From a virus (lineage: Duplodnaviria; Caudoviricetes), in IMG/VR virus record IMGVR_UViG_3300008110_007313: a stretch of 64,000 nt of DNA, one strand, 5' to 3'. Under the pieces are notes generated by a model, which was not told where the DNA came from, ran no database searches, and worked only from the letters and a program-made list of their open reading frames with translations. A program made the translations under genes and the position numbers. Positions 8,438 through 18,040 of this stretch are shown one piece after another. The stretch's first letter is position 1; each line of letters begins with the position of its first letter.

Positions 8438-8703
8438 TGTTCTATTTCAATCTCATCTTCAGTGGTTTCTATTAGTTCATCAACACCAGTTCCGCTGACC
8501 AAATCGTAAGTGACATCGCCTACTCGCCAAGTTTCTGTCCACAGATGCTGACTGTTGCTGGATTCTGATGGCATGAGCCTCAGCATGGTCAAGGTCTTTT
8601 CGCGCTCCTCGCCTCGAATCACACGCATGTTTTTAAGCAGGCCCGCACGTTTCAAGAACGCACGAGCCTGTTCCTTCGTTCTGAATTCCAAAGGATTGAC
8701 CAT
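8434..8703 (-). CDS. Hypothetical protein
   Basis: 89-aa ORF with TAATG coupling. Confidence 0.65.
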   Translation of the reverse strand: MVNPLEFRTKEQARAFLKRAGLLKNMRVIRGEEREKTLTMLRLMPSESSNSQHLWTETWRVGDVTYDLVSGTGVDELIETTEDEIEIEQ

Positions 8704-9074
8704 TACTTTGTCTTTGTCAAAAATTGTTCAAGATCAGGTGGTGTCCAACCCACTGGCTTGAGAACCTTGCCATCTTCACGCTTGCGAACTTTGCCTGTCT
8801 TTTTGTCAATCTTGGCAAAGTTGGTCTTCATGACTTCTTTCCAGGCACCTTCGCCGTCAAAACCTGCCGAATGAATAGCACCAATAGTAACAACCAGGAT
8901 GTCAATCAGTGCGTCTAATTGTTCTGTTCGGTCACCAGCAGCAACTGCTTCTTGCAGTTCTTTGTATTCTTCAGTGATAAGATTACGATACATTTCGTAC
9001 TGTGCATCGTCACCTGTAACGCATTGGTCACAGGCATTCATAAATTTTTCTTGATCACGAAACGGATTTGTCAT
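8703..9074 (-). CDS. MazG-like/PRA-PH-type all-alpha NTP pyrophosphohydrolase
   Basis: LITEEYKEL...EQLDALIDILVVTIG...VMKTNFAK...GKVLKP; start at 9074 (MTNPFRD). Confidence 0.85.
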   Translation of the reverse strand: MTNPFRDQEKFMNACDQCVTGDDAQYEMYRNLITEEYKELQEAVAAGDRTEQLDALIDILVVTIGAIHSAGFDGEGAWKEVMKTNFAKIDKKTGKVRKREDGKVLKPVGWTPPDLEQFLTKTK

Positions 9075-9507
9075 TGGCTTCTTCTTTGGAGTAAAAAGGT
9101 CCTTGGTACTTGTAACGTTCAAGTACAATGAGCTTTGGATTACGCACTGGTTTCCAGTTGCGATGTTGTTTGATCATGTACCAACCTGCGGCAAACCACG
9201 ATTTGCTTTTTTCTTCTTTGGTAAACAGTGGCAAACGGTGTTTGACATCCCAGATAGGATTAAAAACTTTGCACCCAGTATTGTACCCGTGCACCTGTTG
9301 ATCTTGGGGTTGACTCACATGTTCTGCAGGAACAAACTCAATATTCTCTCTGTTTCTCAACATAGGAATGGTTTTGTAGCTGGCAGTTTTGTTGTTGATG
9401 GTGATTTGATAACCATCATTTACAGCCTGTATGTTACCAACCTTTTGATCATTTTGTTTAATGATCCAATACTGTTCGTCTACTACAGGTTTAGCTATTA
9501 GTGTCAT
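9055..9507 (-). CDS. Hypothetical protein
   Basis: Likely start at 9507 (MTLIAKPVV), overlapping the RNase H stop. Confidence 0.7.
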   Translation of the reverse strand: MTLIAKPVVDEQYWIIKQNDQKVGNIQAVNDGYQITINNKTASYKTIPMLRNRENIEFVPAEHVSQPQDQQVHGYNTGCKVFNPIWDVKHRLPLFTKEEKSKSWFAAGWYMIKQHRNWKPVRNPKLIVLERYKYQGPFYSKEEANDKSVS

Positions 9508-10501
9508 CAAGGACTCCTTTGTAAGTTTCATTAAGCCAACGGCTGATAGGTTCCGCTTGCTCGCTGAGTTTGTTAAGCTCATATTTGCCACAGAACTTCA
9601 TGAAGTAGGCTCCTACCTGGCCTACATCCTTGTGACTAATCTGTTCACGGATGCAAGCGTCTACCGCGGCTTTGATCTCATCAGGCTGTGCTGTGAGATC
9701 AATCAAGGTACGATTGCGCTCGTAGTCGTCCAACACCCGGTGCTCAACTCCATTGTGGTCTGACCAACGTTGCAACATCATGTTGTTCCAGTTGTAGCCT
9801 TTTTGGTGTCGATCGGCAAATGCTTCACGGAGACCAACCTTATTCTTTGTGCCTTTCTCACGAACTCCTGGATATGCACTGAACACGTTGTCTGATGTGT
9901 CTCCACGCATACACTTCTCAAATAGTAACCAGGCCGGATCCGGAGCGGTTTTTGGAGCATTAGTTTTTTTATCAATGATAAGTTTGTCTTTGGCATCAAA
10001 AATACCTTCCAAGGTGAGCAATTCGTCAGTGATGCCATTATACTGGCGCACATTGTTGGCAACGAGTTGCACATAGTCTGTGTCTGAACTGATAATAATA
10101 TGTTCGTCTTGGGGATGTAATGAGATCCAACGTGCAATGATGTCATCTGCTTCGGCTGTTGCGCAACGGATTACACTGCAATTGGTTTTGTCTGACAAGT
10201 ATTTAGTCAGATTATCATAGCTTTCCCAGAACAGTTTGTCCTCTTCAGCTTCAGTTTCGCTCATTGCGGCACGAGCCACAGCCCGCTGTTTTTTGTAGGG
10301 TTCGTAGAAATCCTTGCGCCAGGAGCGTCCTTCCAGTGCGAAAATCACATGGTCTGCACCAAATCGTCGCGCAACCTTGTTTACACTCATCATTGTGACA
10401 TGTAGTGCAAACCCCAGTTTAGTCCAGGTGTCACTGGCTCTGTGAGCACTGTGGCGTGCTCGAAAAAACATGTTGGCAGTGTCAATAAGTAGGTATTTCA
10501 T
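9491..10501 (-). CDS. rnh: 5'-3' exonuclease / T4 RNase H-like (FEN family)
   Basis: LLIDTANMFFR, EG.SWRK..Y..YK..R, EADDIIA, SSDTDYVQL, GDTSDNV. Confidence 0.88.
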   Translation of the reverse strand: MKYLLIDTANMFFRARHSAHRASDTWTKLGFALHVTMMSVNKVARRFGADHVIFALEGRSWRKDFYEPYKKQRAVARAAMSETEAEEDKLFWESYDNLTKYLSDKTNCSVIRCATAEADDIIARWISLHPQDEHIIISSDTDYVQLVANNVRQYNGITDELLTLEGIFDAKDKLIIDKKTNAPKTAPDPAWLLFEKCMRGDTSDNVFSAYPGVREKGTKNKVGLREAFADRHQKGYNWNNMMLQRWSDHNGVEHRVLDDYERNRTLIDLTAQPDEIKAAVDACIREQISHKDVGQVGAYFMKFCGKYELNKLSEQAEPISRWLNETYKGVLDDTNS

Positions 10502-11210
10502 TGGAATTCAATAGTTGGTTGCGTTTAATGTATTGTAACAGATATTCGCCCCAAAAGCAATGGGCGTCTGGCCCAAAATGCCAACTATCTGGGTTAACCG
10601 TTTTGAATCCTTTTTCTCTTAGTACACTATTGTATGTTTGGGCAGGATCATATGGACCAATGTAGCAGTTTTCCCAATCATAACGATGTTGGACATCACC
10701 AAAATGGTTGTTGCCGTTGAACATCACATGCCGAATCCCTTGTGCTTTGAGTTCTTGGTGGAATTGCCAAATCTGTTCGTGCGCTTGCGCAGTACACGTT
10801 TTCCAGTCAATGTTGGTAATGTATTCTTTGTAGCGTTGTTTAAAATGTTCAGGAACTTCATCTACACCGCTGGCATTTACTTGCACCCAACCATCATTGC
10901 CATCGAACCATTCTTCGCGTTCCCAGGTTGACCACTGTATTACCAAAAACAAATCTTTGACGTCTTCTTGATCTAGCAACCACCGACGAGTGGTACGAAT
11001 GATACGACGATTGCTGCCACCGGCTTGTGCATCTAAATATAGAATAGCTCGCAACCAATTGGCAAGTTCGCAACCAAAACTCACACGTTCATTGTCAGGA
11101 TGAGGTTGTTGACCCAGACCATAAAACAATCCATCATCCTGTGCCCAGGCGTGTGGATTTACTGCTTCGGCAGCGGCAGCATGACTGTCGCCATTTACAT
11201 ATAATATCAT
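10482..11210 (-). CDS. SGNH/GDSL-like hydrolase (paralog 1)
   Basis: N-terminal YVNGDSH, A..GGSN, C-terminal DSWHFGPDAH. Confidence 0.6.
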   Translation of the reverse strand: MILYVNGDSHAAAAEAVNPHAWAQDDGLFYGLGQQPHPDNERVSFGCELANWLRAILYLDAQAGGSNRRIIRTTRRWLLDQEDVKDLFLVIQWSTWEREEWFDGNDGWVQVNASGVDEVPEHFKQRYKEYITNIDWKTCTAQAHEQIWQFHQELKAQGIRHVMFNGNNHFGDVQHRYDWENCYIGPYDPAQTYNSVLREKGFKTVNPDSWHFGPDAHCFWGEYLLQYIKRNQLLNSNEIPTY

Positions 11211-11902
11211 TGGTGTTTTCGCAAAGATGGATCACGTTCAAATATAATGGCATGTGCCGGGCTTGTGTTTATTTCGTTGATCAAAATATCAGCCCAGGCC
11301 TTGTGCCCAGCAGGCTCAAAGTGTTGCCAACCTGGCGTGAGTTCTTCATAGTTGTGCTCAATGCAGAATGGCACATAGCACTGACGTTCATTGTAAGGGC
11401 AGAAGAAGCAACAGTGCCAGTCTAGCCATTCCTTTTCGCTTTCTATCTGAAAGTGGTGAAATGCATTAAAGAACAGGTGAGGAATTTTTCGTTCGTACAT
11501 CCACATGTGCAAGTTGTAGATCTTGTTGTGCCAGTAGTAACTCATGACTCTGTGCCAGTTGGGATCTTTCTGAATGTGATTTTTCCAAAATTGGTATCTA
11601 CGTCTAAATTCATTTGGAATCTGTTGGCCTACATCTAACTGATTGATTTCGTGAAACTGATTTTCGAAATACCATTGCTCTCGACCGTGTTCGCTCCATC
11701 CAATTACAACTAAATCTGGTGCTGGATTAGTTTGCAAGTATTCCCAGGTTGACTGATAGATCAAGTCATTGCTGGCTCCGCTCACAGCAAGATTAGAAGA
11801 ACTTGCTCCATAGTAGTCAGCAATAACTCCAGCCATGCCGTGTTTTCGATCATCTAATTCTTCTCCGCTCATGTTGGAGTCACCGTTAAACAGTATGTGC
11901 AT
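11207..11902 (-). CDS. SGNH/GDSL-like hydrolase (paralog 2)
   Basis: LFNGDSN, NLAVSGASN, VVIGWS...R, WQHFEPAGH. Confidence 0.6.
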   Translation of the reverse strand: MHILFNGDSNMSGEELDDRKHGMAGVIADYYGASSSNLAVSGASNDLIYQSTWEYLQTNPAPDLVVIGWSEHGREQWYFENQFHEINQLDVGQQIPNEFRRRYQFWKNHIQKDPNWHRVMSYYWHNKIYNLHMWMYERKIPHLFFNAFHHFQIESEKEWLDWHCCFFCPYNERQCYVPFCIEHNYEELTPGWQHFEPAGHKAWADILINEINTSPAHAIIFERDPSLRKHQ

Positions 11903-12145
11903 TTATTCCTCGTGTGCAGGGTTCGGAACATCAAGCTCGAATACATGATATCGAGGTCTTGGCGTGATAGTAGTGTCTCGAAGCATTTCCACTGTGCGTT
12001 GAAACTCAGCTTCTTGATGGGTGGCAAAAAATCCTGTGCCTAGAGTTGATGCAGTGCTACTGAAGCCGATACCAGTGAATGTCAGTCCAGTCTGACGAAT
12101 CAGTGCATATATTTTGAGTGTGCTAGGTGGTTTTAACGGTTCCAT
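11903..12145 (-). CDS. Hypothetical protein
   Basis: 80-aa ORF in the operon. Confidence 0.55.
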   Translation of the reverse strand: MEPLKPPSTLKIYALIRQTGLTFTGIGFSSTASTLGTGFFATHQEAEFQRTVEMLRDTTITPRPRYHVFELDVPNPAHEE

Positions 12146-12614
12146 CTTTCAACACCTTGAATGTTTCTGCGGCCACTACACGTTTGCGTAGACTACTGGA
12201 ACTGAAGCTGTGATCACGACTATTGAACACATGCTGGATGCCACGATCGTGCCCTTCATACCTACCAGTAAATTCTTTATCCTCGTATTCAACACCAAGA
12301 ATACGAACATCTAATGGTAAGATGAGCAACAGGTCAACTAGGTCTTGTTCGGTCTGGTACACTACAACTTCATCTACATAGCGACAAGCACTTAGTTGTA
12401 TCTGGCGTTCCACAACACTTTGAATGGGATGATTCTTAGTGTCGGGTCGATCAATTGTGGGGTCTGTTTGCAAACCGGCAATCAAATAATCGCAATGATT
12501 CTTGGCTTCACTTAACATAGCAATATGCCCTGCATGTAGCATGTCAAATGTGCTAAAAGTGATACCAATTTTTTTGCCGTCTTGTTTGAGTTGTTTAATG
12601 TGATTGAAAATCAT
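12123..12614 (-). CDS. Cytidylyltransferase, TagD-like (HxGH)
   Basis: TFDMLHAGH, YLIAGLQTD, ER..QL.AC.YVDEV, final SSSSLR. Confidence 0.85.
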   Translation of the reverse strand: MIFNHIKQLKQDGKKIGITFSTFDMLHAGHIAMLSEAKNHCDYLIAGLQTDPTIDRPDTKNHPIQSVVERQIQLSACRYVDEVVVYQTEQDLVDLLLILPLDVRILGVEYEDKEFTGRYEGHDRGIQHVFNSRDHSFSSSSLRKRVVAAETFKVLKDGTVKTT

Positions 12615-13006
12615 GACACTTCACTCCTACCGTTGCCAATGTCTTTGCTTTGTACCCAGACGCCAGAGTTCTTAATTGCTTGCTCTTGCTCCCAAGTTTC
12701 CATCACAACGTGTCTGCACACATTCTGAAACCACTGATCTACAATGTCTGCATCTACCTTGCCCTGATATCCGGCTTTGATCAATCTGGCAACAAATATT
12801 TCGTTCCAATCCAGTTCAAAACTTCCTTGATGCAGATTAGCAGGATCAATATCCATGCCTAACACAGCAACATAAGGTTCACCAGCTTCTGTGGCCAACT
12901 GCTTGGCTGTTTTTTCAGGCGCTTTGACTTTAGGCGCAGGCGGTGCTTTGGCCTCTACAGGCTTCTCTACCTTCTTGGGTTTTAAGAAACGATCAAATAA
13001 TCCCAT
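12611..13006 (-). CDS. Hypothetical protein
   Basis: Start at 13006 (MGLFDRFLK), TAATG-coupled to queE. Confidence 0.7.
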   Translation of the reverse strand: MGLFDRFLKPKKVEKPVEAKAPPAPKVKAPEKTAKQLATEAGEPYVAVLGMDIDPANLHQGSFELDWNEIFVARLIKAGYQGKVDADIVDQWFQNVCRHVVMETWEQEQAIKNSGVWVQSKDIGNGRSEVS

Positions 13007-13851
13007 TATTTGCCCCAACCATTGCCCCAAAGATCCACGTGCAATCTTGGGCTGTACCAGTAACCACGCTTGAGTGCTTCGTCAGCCACGTTGATTCTAT
13101 TGCCGTCGTACACTGACACTACACCTCCCACAGGCATCACAAACACAGGACCAGCAAAGCCTGCTAGTCTATATTCGTCTACAGCTTGATCCAGTTCATC
13201 AAAGTCTGAGACTTTCTCAACCACAAACTTGAGATATGCAATGCCATGTGTTTCATAGTCAAACACAATTTCTGGACGAATAGCTTCTTCACGTTTTTCG
13301 CCGCTGACGCTGAGCTTGGGACTGACACTGAACGTGATTTCTCCATGCCAGTCGCTTAGATACATTCTAAACTCTCTTGACAGTTCTTGAGTACCGTTGG
13401 TCTCGAATGTGATGTGTCGCAGGCCACGAGCATGCAACAGGTCCAACAGTTCAGGATATGCTCGTTGCCAGCCCAGCAAAGGTTCACCACCTGTGATCAC
13501 CAAGTGTACAGGATTGCCATTGGGCTGTTGCCAGTTGCCATGCGGCAATAGTTCAGCCATTTTGTCTACTAGTTGTTCGGCAGTATAAGTTGGACTCAGG
13601 TGCTTGAACGCAGGATGCCAGCTTGCATAGCTATCACAGCCTGTGTTCACTAGTGGCAGCTCTTCAAATGTCTTGTACAGTTCCACCGTCTTGGCGACTT
13701 CATCTGCTTCTGTGCTCTTCTCGCCAGGCTTGCAACCAAATCCCGAACAGGTAAAGTTACATCCAAACATGCGAAGGAACACGCTGGGGACACCAACATA
13801 TCTGCCTTCACCTTGTGCTGAATAGAACAGTTCACTTACTTTAAATTTCAT
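13006..13851 (-). CDS. queE: 7-carboxy-7-deazaguanine synthase (radical SAM)
   Basis: ELFYSAQGEG..VG.PSVFLR..GCNFTC, ITGGEPLL, FETNGT, SVSPKL, RLHV.LWG. Confidence 0.92.
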   Translation of the reverse strand: MKFKVSELFYSAQGEGRYVGVPSVFLRMFGCNFTCSGFGCKPGEKSTEADEVAKTVELYKTFEELPLVNTGCDSYASWHPAFKHLSPTYTAEQLVDKMAELLPHGNWQQPNGNPVHLVITGGEPLLGWQRAYPELLDLLHARGLRHITFETNGTQELSREFRMYLSDWHGEITFSVSPKLSVSGEKREEAIRPEIVFDYETHGIAYLKFVVEKVSDFDELDQAVDEYRLAGFAGPVFVMPVGGVVSVYDGNRINVADEALKRGYWYSPRLHVDLWGNGWGK

Positions 13852-13852
13852 A

Positions 13853-14548
13853 TTATAGCCTTTTTAGTGTACAATCACTGGTTTTTATTTTAACCAGATT
13901 TTCAGATTCTTGTGCAATTTTAACACGAACTTCTTGTTTTGTCACGCTGCCTGGTAAAACTGTATCTAACCAGATTAGGTGTTCTGCTGGAGTAGGATGG
14001 CCGTCTTCACGATCAGCCCATCTATCTGGAAACAACACTTCTCTAAAACTTGGCAACCAGCCTTCAAACACATCTTTATATAGGTCAACCACATCTGGAA
14101 AGAAAGTTTTCTTGTCAGAATCCCATTGATCCATTTGCCAAGTAGTTTGATCCATACTGGTAAAATACCAATTCACGCCCTTGCATTGAAGAAATATTTT
14201 TACTGCTTTGATAAATGCAACATCTCTGATCAAATTTCCTCGCTCCGAAACTTGATGCTTTACAAACTTTGAATTATATAGTTCGGTAGTATACATGTTT
14301 CCGTAAGTTTGCCAGCAATTAGTGTAGCGATCTTCTCGCATGACATTGGTCCAACTTACAATGACAGTATCGCCGGGCACGAATTGATTACGTTGGTCTG
14401 CTTCCATTACACTGTTGAAGATGTAGTGATTACCTGCACCGCCTTGGCCCCAATTTTGGTATTCGTTGTAGTGGGCGCCTAGAATGTCTGCCCAGGTGCT
14501 CCAACGATAGTTTGTAAAACTACAACCAAAAGTAAACAGTCGACTCAT
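13853..14548 (-). CDS. SGNH/GDSL-like hydrolase (paralog 3)
   Basis: FTFGCSFT, NWGQGGAGN, SWT...RED, DGHPTPAEH. Confidence 0.6.
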   Translation of the reverse strand: MSRLFTFGCSFTNYRWSTWADILGAHYNEYQNWGQGGAGNHYIFNSVMEADQRNQFVPGDTVIVSWTNVMREDRYTNCWQTYGNMYTTELYNSKFVKHQVSERGNLIRDVAFIKAVKIFLQCKGVNWYFTSMDQTTWQMDQWDSDKKTFFPDVVDLYKDVFEGWLPSFREVLFPDRWADREDGHPTPAEHLIWLDTVLPGSVTKQEVRVKIAQESENLVKIKTSDCTLKRL

Positions 14549-15330
14549 ACTTTACGTGCTTTGACCAACAAATGCCAGCCCAGATACTCACGCACAGCCT
14601 GACGATGTGAGTCTGTCATGACTTCAAACCAAGGTTCAAGAACATAACGTCCTGCCTTGTACTCTTCTACGTTGTACATGAAACAGTGGTCTTGGCGTAG
14701 ACGTTCAATGTACCAACCGTTGTCGCTGTTCATTAGTTGATGAATTTCATCTTTGCTAAACGCTTGAGCATATGGACAGCCTGCTTGTGCTTCAAATTGA
14801 TCTAGACCCTTTTGGATCATAGCATACTTCCAGGAGTTCTTGGCATATACCATGTAACGGAACTCGCCACCTGGTTTAACCACAGCACGAACGTTGTCTA
14901 TGATCCGGTCAATACCCGGAAAGTGATGAATCACTCCATAGCTGTAAACCAAATCGAACTCGCCTAGCGTGGCCAAAGCAGCACCATCTGTAGCGTCAAT
15001 ATTGTAGAATTCGCCTTCAAGTCCTAGTGTTTCAAATCGTTGCTTGCTGAGTGCAATACTTTGATCGCTCAAGTCAATGCCTACATATTCGGCACCATGC
15101 TTGGCAAATTCTTCAGCGTCTGATCCAATGCCGCAGCCAATTTCCAGCACACGCTTGCCTGCCCACAAGTGGAAACCAGCAAACTCTGCAATGTGCGGTT
15201 CTACACGATATCTGCGTTCTGACACTTCACGAAAGAACTCTGGAGTGCCTATATCACTTTGTCCATGCTTGATGTTGCAAGGCTGTGTGTTCCAATAACG
15301 CTTAATACGTTCTTCAAGACTTTGCGACAT
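14545..15330 (-). CDS. Class I SAM-dependent methyltransferase
   Basis: VLEIGCGIG, GIDLS, FDLVYSYGVIHH, KPGG. Confidence 0.9.
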   Translation of the reverse strand: MSQSLEERIKRYWNTQPCNIKHGQSDIGTPEFFREVSERRYRVEPHIAEFAGFHLWAGKRVLEIGCGIGSDAEEFAKHGAEYVGIDLSDQSIALSKQRFETLGLEGEFYNIDATDGAALATLGEFDLVYSYGVIHHFPGIDRIIDNVRAVVKPGGEFRYMVYAKNSWKYAMIQKGLDQFEAQAGCPYAQAFSKDEIHQLMNSDNGWYIERLRQDHCFMYNVEEYKAGRYVLEPWFEVMTDSHRQAVREYLGWHLLVKARKV

Positions 15331-16177
15331 TAGTAGATCCTTTGAAGTGAGTATGCGGATTTTTAAACTGCACCATCTGTTTGTTTACATCGTTCTTGGC
15401 TAGCTTTTCCCAAGGATCCTGGGTACCAATGAAAACATTTTTTATAAACGAAATGTCTTGGCCAATACCATCTAAGTAGCCTGCAATTTTCAACGCATCT
15501 CTATGGCGTAGGTCCATTTGTTTAACACTGTGAAAATCGTTAGGATCACTAGGATTACCTTCTAGCATGGGACGATTTTGAAATGTAGCATCATTGTTGT
15601 TGCCAGTTAAATCATGTCGATCATGTAACACATCAACATCGATACGTTCCCAAATGTCCAGCATGTAGGCCTGTTGACTCAGCCATGCATCACTGATCTG
15701 GTGCGGACTTAGATAGCCCAGCAGGTCCAACCACTTGCGTGGCACAATAGGGAAGATGCTGTATGGATGATCTTTGTGTGTGTGGAACGCCAATAGTTTA
15801 AACTGTCCTTCCCAATCCATAATTTTGGTATCCCAGCTTTGGGTTTCCATCACTGCATCATCATTCCAAAACACTAACCAACGTGCATCACTTTTACGAG
15901 CCAGTTCGTTTACATACTCATTGAGACGAATGTATCCCATAGGATTGAATGTCATGGCTGTATAGTTGACTTTGTTAGCATCCAACCAGGGCTGTAGTTC
16001 TTCTACAAAATATTTTGTGCCAACTTCGTCGTCCTTGTCAAAGCCAAACATAATCTGAATGCGAATTGGAATGTCTGCCAATTCAATTAAACTTTTGACG
16101 CTGCGCTCTAGCATGCCATCTCTGCCCCTGGTGGGCAGTAGAATAGCAATATCATATTCAGGTGTGTTTTCTGTCAT
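15314..16177 (-). CDS. GT-A (GT2-like) glycosyltransferase
   Basis: ILLPTRGR, N.LA, WNDD DxD-like motif. Confidence 0.75.
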   Translation of the reverse strand: MTENTPEYDIAILLPTRGRDGMLERSVKSLIELADIPIRIQIMFGFDKDDEVGTKYFVEELQPWLDANKVNYTAMTFNPMGYIRLNEYVNELARKSDARWLVFWNDDAVMETQSWDTKIMDWEGQFKLLAFHTHKDHPYSIFPIVPRKWLDLLGYLSPHQISDAWLSQQAYMLDIWERIDVDVLHDRHDLTGNNNDATFQNRPMLEGNPSDPNDFHSVKQMDLRHRDALKIAGYLDGIGQDISFIKNVFIGTQDPWEKLAKNDVNKQMVQFKNPHTHFKGSTNVAKS

Positions 16178-16671
16178 GCAAATAAGTCCTCATTCCATTC
16201 TCTATGACCTTCTCTAAAAGCCATGTTTGCTTGTGTTTCGCGTACCTCCACTCGATAGCACCACAAGCGTTGTGCTTCACCCGGACCCCACATTTCAGGG
16301 ATGTACACGCCGTTGACATACTTGTACAGCATGTCGCTCAGGCCTTCGCAGCCTAGTTTTGGCAACACAACAATCTTGGCCATGTTCCGTTCTTGCAACA
16401 GTTGGAATGTTGCCATTTCTGGATCATCCTGTGCCACAATCAGTGTGTGATCAAATTGATCTTCTAGTGTTTTCTTGAGTTCTTTGAGACCACCATAGTC
16501 CGCGGCCCAGTTGCGCACATCCAGGTCATTGGTGCCAAAGTAAAACTTCATACTAAATGAGTAGCCATGAATTAAGTTACAGTGGCTGTCGGCACGCCAT
16601 TGTCTATACGCACATGGAAATGCGTCATGGTACTCTTTGGTCGAAGTGTATTTGTATATTACGGGTTGCAT
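16174..16671 (-). CDS. queD: 6-carboxy-5,6,7,8-tetrahydropterin synthase
   Basis: SHCNLIHGY, DYGGLKELK..LEDQFDH, EVRETQAN.A. Confidence 0.88.
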   Translation of the reverse strand: MQPVIYKYTSTKEYHDAFPCAYRQWRADSHCNLIHGYSFSMKFYFGTNDLDVRNWAADYGGLKELKKTLEDQFDHTLIVAQDDPEMATFQLLQERNMAKIVVLPKLGCEGLSDMLYKYVNGVYIPEMWGPGEAQRLWCYRVEVRETQANMAFREGHREWNEDLFA

Positions 16672-16746
16672 TGTTTGTCCTCCTATGACATTTTAGCATA
16701 GGCAGCAGAGTTTGTATAGCGGGATGATGCCGGACAGGCCGCTGGG
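16672..16746 (-). promoter_or_regulatory. Candidate structured leader RNA (riboswitch-like) of queD
   Basis: P1 AGCGG/CCGCU with an A-rich tail AUACAAACU; loop GGCAUCA complementary to UGCUGCC; CCUAUG/CAUAGG hairpin covering AGGAGG; TAAGTA box just upstream. Confidence 0.55.
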
Positions 16747-16753
16747 TTAATAC

Positions 16754-17155
16754 TTATACTGGCTTTGTGTAACCAGTAGCTTTATAGTTGGCTTGCCCGT
16801 GAATAACACCACGCACCCCGCCAATAGGATTGGCACAGTCTCCTACTCTACGTGGAATCAAATGCACATGCGGATACATCACTGTTTGTCCTGCAGCCTC
16901 TCCGCAGTTGATTCCTACATTGTAGGCGTCCCATTCACCTGACACAACTTTTTGGTGCCCAAATCGAAACGCATATTTCATTGCTTCTTCAATGATAACA
17001 TTTTTGTTCCAACGTGGCACAAATAACAAGTGCCCTTTGGTTACTGGATAAGCATCACGGAACACTGCCACGTGATAGTCCGAATGCTCTGTGGCCTCAT
17101 CTGACCATGGTGCGGCACCTGCGGCTGCGGCTTCTTCTAGTGTTTCGTATCTCAT
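16754..17155 (-). CDS. HIT-family hydrolase
   Basis: D.YPVT.GH.L.VP, G..AGQTV..PHVHLIPR. Confidence 0.92.
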   Translation of the reverse strand: MRYETLEEAAAAGAAPWSDEATEHSDYHVAVFRDAYPVTKGHLLFVPRWNKNVIIEEAMKYAFRFGHQKVVSGEWDAYNVGINCGEAAGQTVMYPHVHLIPRRVGDCANPIGGVRGVIHGQANYKATGYTKPV

Positions 17156-17976
17156 CTTGGGGCAAACTCCTGTTGTAATTTAATGTTGTCAAAGAACTCT
17201 TTCTTTACAGACGGATCAGTCTTGAATGCACCTTTGAGTACTGTGGTCTGTGTCAAGCTAGAGTGTGCCATGATGCCGCGATTCTCACAGCATCCGTGTG
17301 TGGCCTGAATGTACACTGCTACGTTTTCGGAGTCAGTAGCCTTGCTAATCTCGCGGGCAATGTCGTTACAAAGTTCCTCCTGGAGAGTTCCTCTTCGGGC
17401 GCACCATTGAGCGATTCGGGTATACTTGCTAAGACCGATAAGTTTATTAGCAGCAATAATACCAATATAAGCCACGCCAGCCACAGGTTGGTGATGATGG
17501 CTACACATACTGCGCAACTCACTACGTACAACAAGCATACCCTCATAACGATCCTGCGAATCGTTGGGAAATGCTGTGGCGTCTGGTCCTGGTTCATATC
17601 TACCTTCCATGATTTCGTTAAAGTACATCTTGGCCAGTCTACGTGCTGTGCCATGACTATTAGGATCATTTTCGCGATCAATCAGCAAACGATCGAGCAC
17701 CAGTTCAAATGCTTCTGTAGCTTCGTTTATCAAATGTTCTTTGTCTGTTTCGTGTAAGTAATCTGAGATGTTATCGCCAGCCCAGAATCTTTTACCATCT
17801 CGTTTCATTCTAGCACGGATTACATCTGAAAGATATGCTTCTTCGTAGCCTTTGTCGCTCATATCGTCTCCGGCTTTTACATACACTTCTTTGTTCAACG
17901 GTGTATATTCGTTTTTAACAAACTTCCGATTGTCGGAACCGTTTATTACAGGGTGCGGGATAAAGTCTTTTGTCAA
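17152..17976 (-). CDS. folE: GTP cyclohydrolase I
   Basis: SMCSHHHQP, GLSKY.R, QEEL, HGC...RG. N-terminal start uncertain (TTG at 17976). Confidence 0.95.
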   Translation of the reverse strand: MTKDFIPHPVINGSDNRKFVKNEYTPLNKEVYVKAGDDMSDKGYEEAYLSDVIRARMKRDGKRFWAGDNISDYLHETDKEHLINEATEAFELVLDRLLIDRENDPNSHGTARRLAKMYFNEIMEGRYEPGPDATAFPNDSQDRYEGMLVVRSELRSMCSHHHQPVAGVAYIGIIAANKLIGLSKYTRIAQWCARRGTLQEELCNDIAREISKATDSENVAVYIQATHGCCENRGIMAHSSLTQTTVLKGAFKTDPSVKKEFFDNIKLQQEFAPR

Positions 17977-18040
17977 TTTAGTTCTCCGAGTTAATGACGT
18001 GGATGTCTTTGTGCTATTGTAATGTATTTAGATCGCAGTG

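Noticed and set aside
17977-18040. folE leader (GAC-AUCCAC-GUC, UAACUCGGAG) as a THF-type riboswitch
   Set aside because: Only a 3-bp stem is visible and I see no recognisable aptamer core; too weak without alignments.
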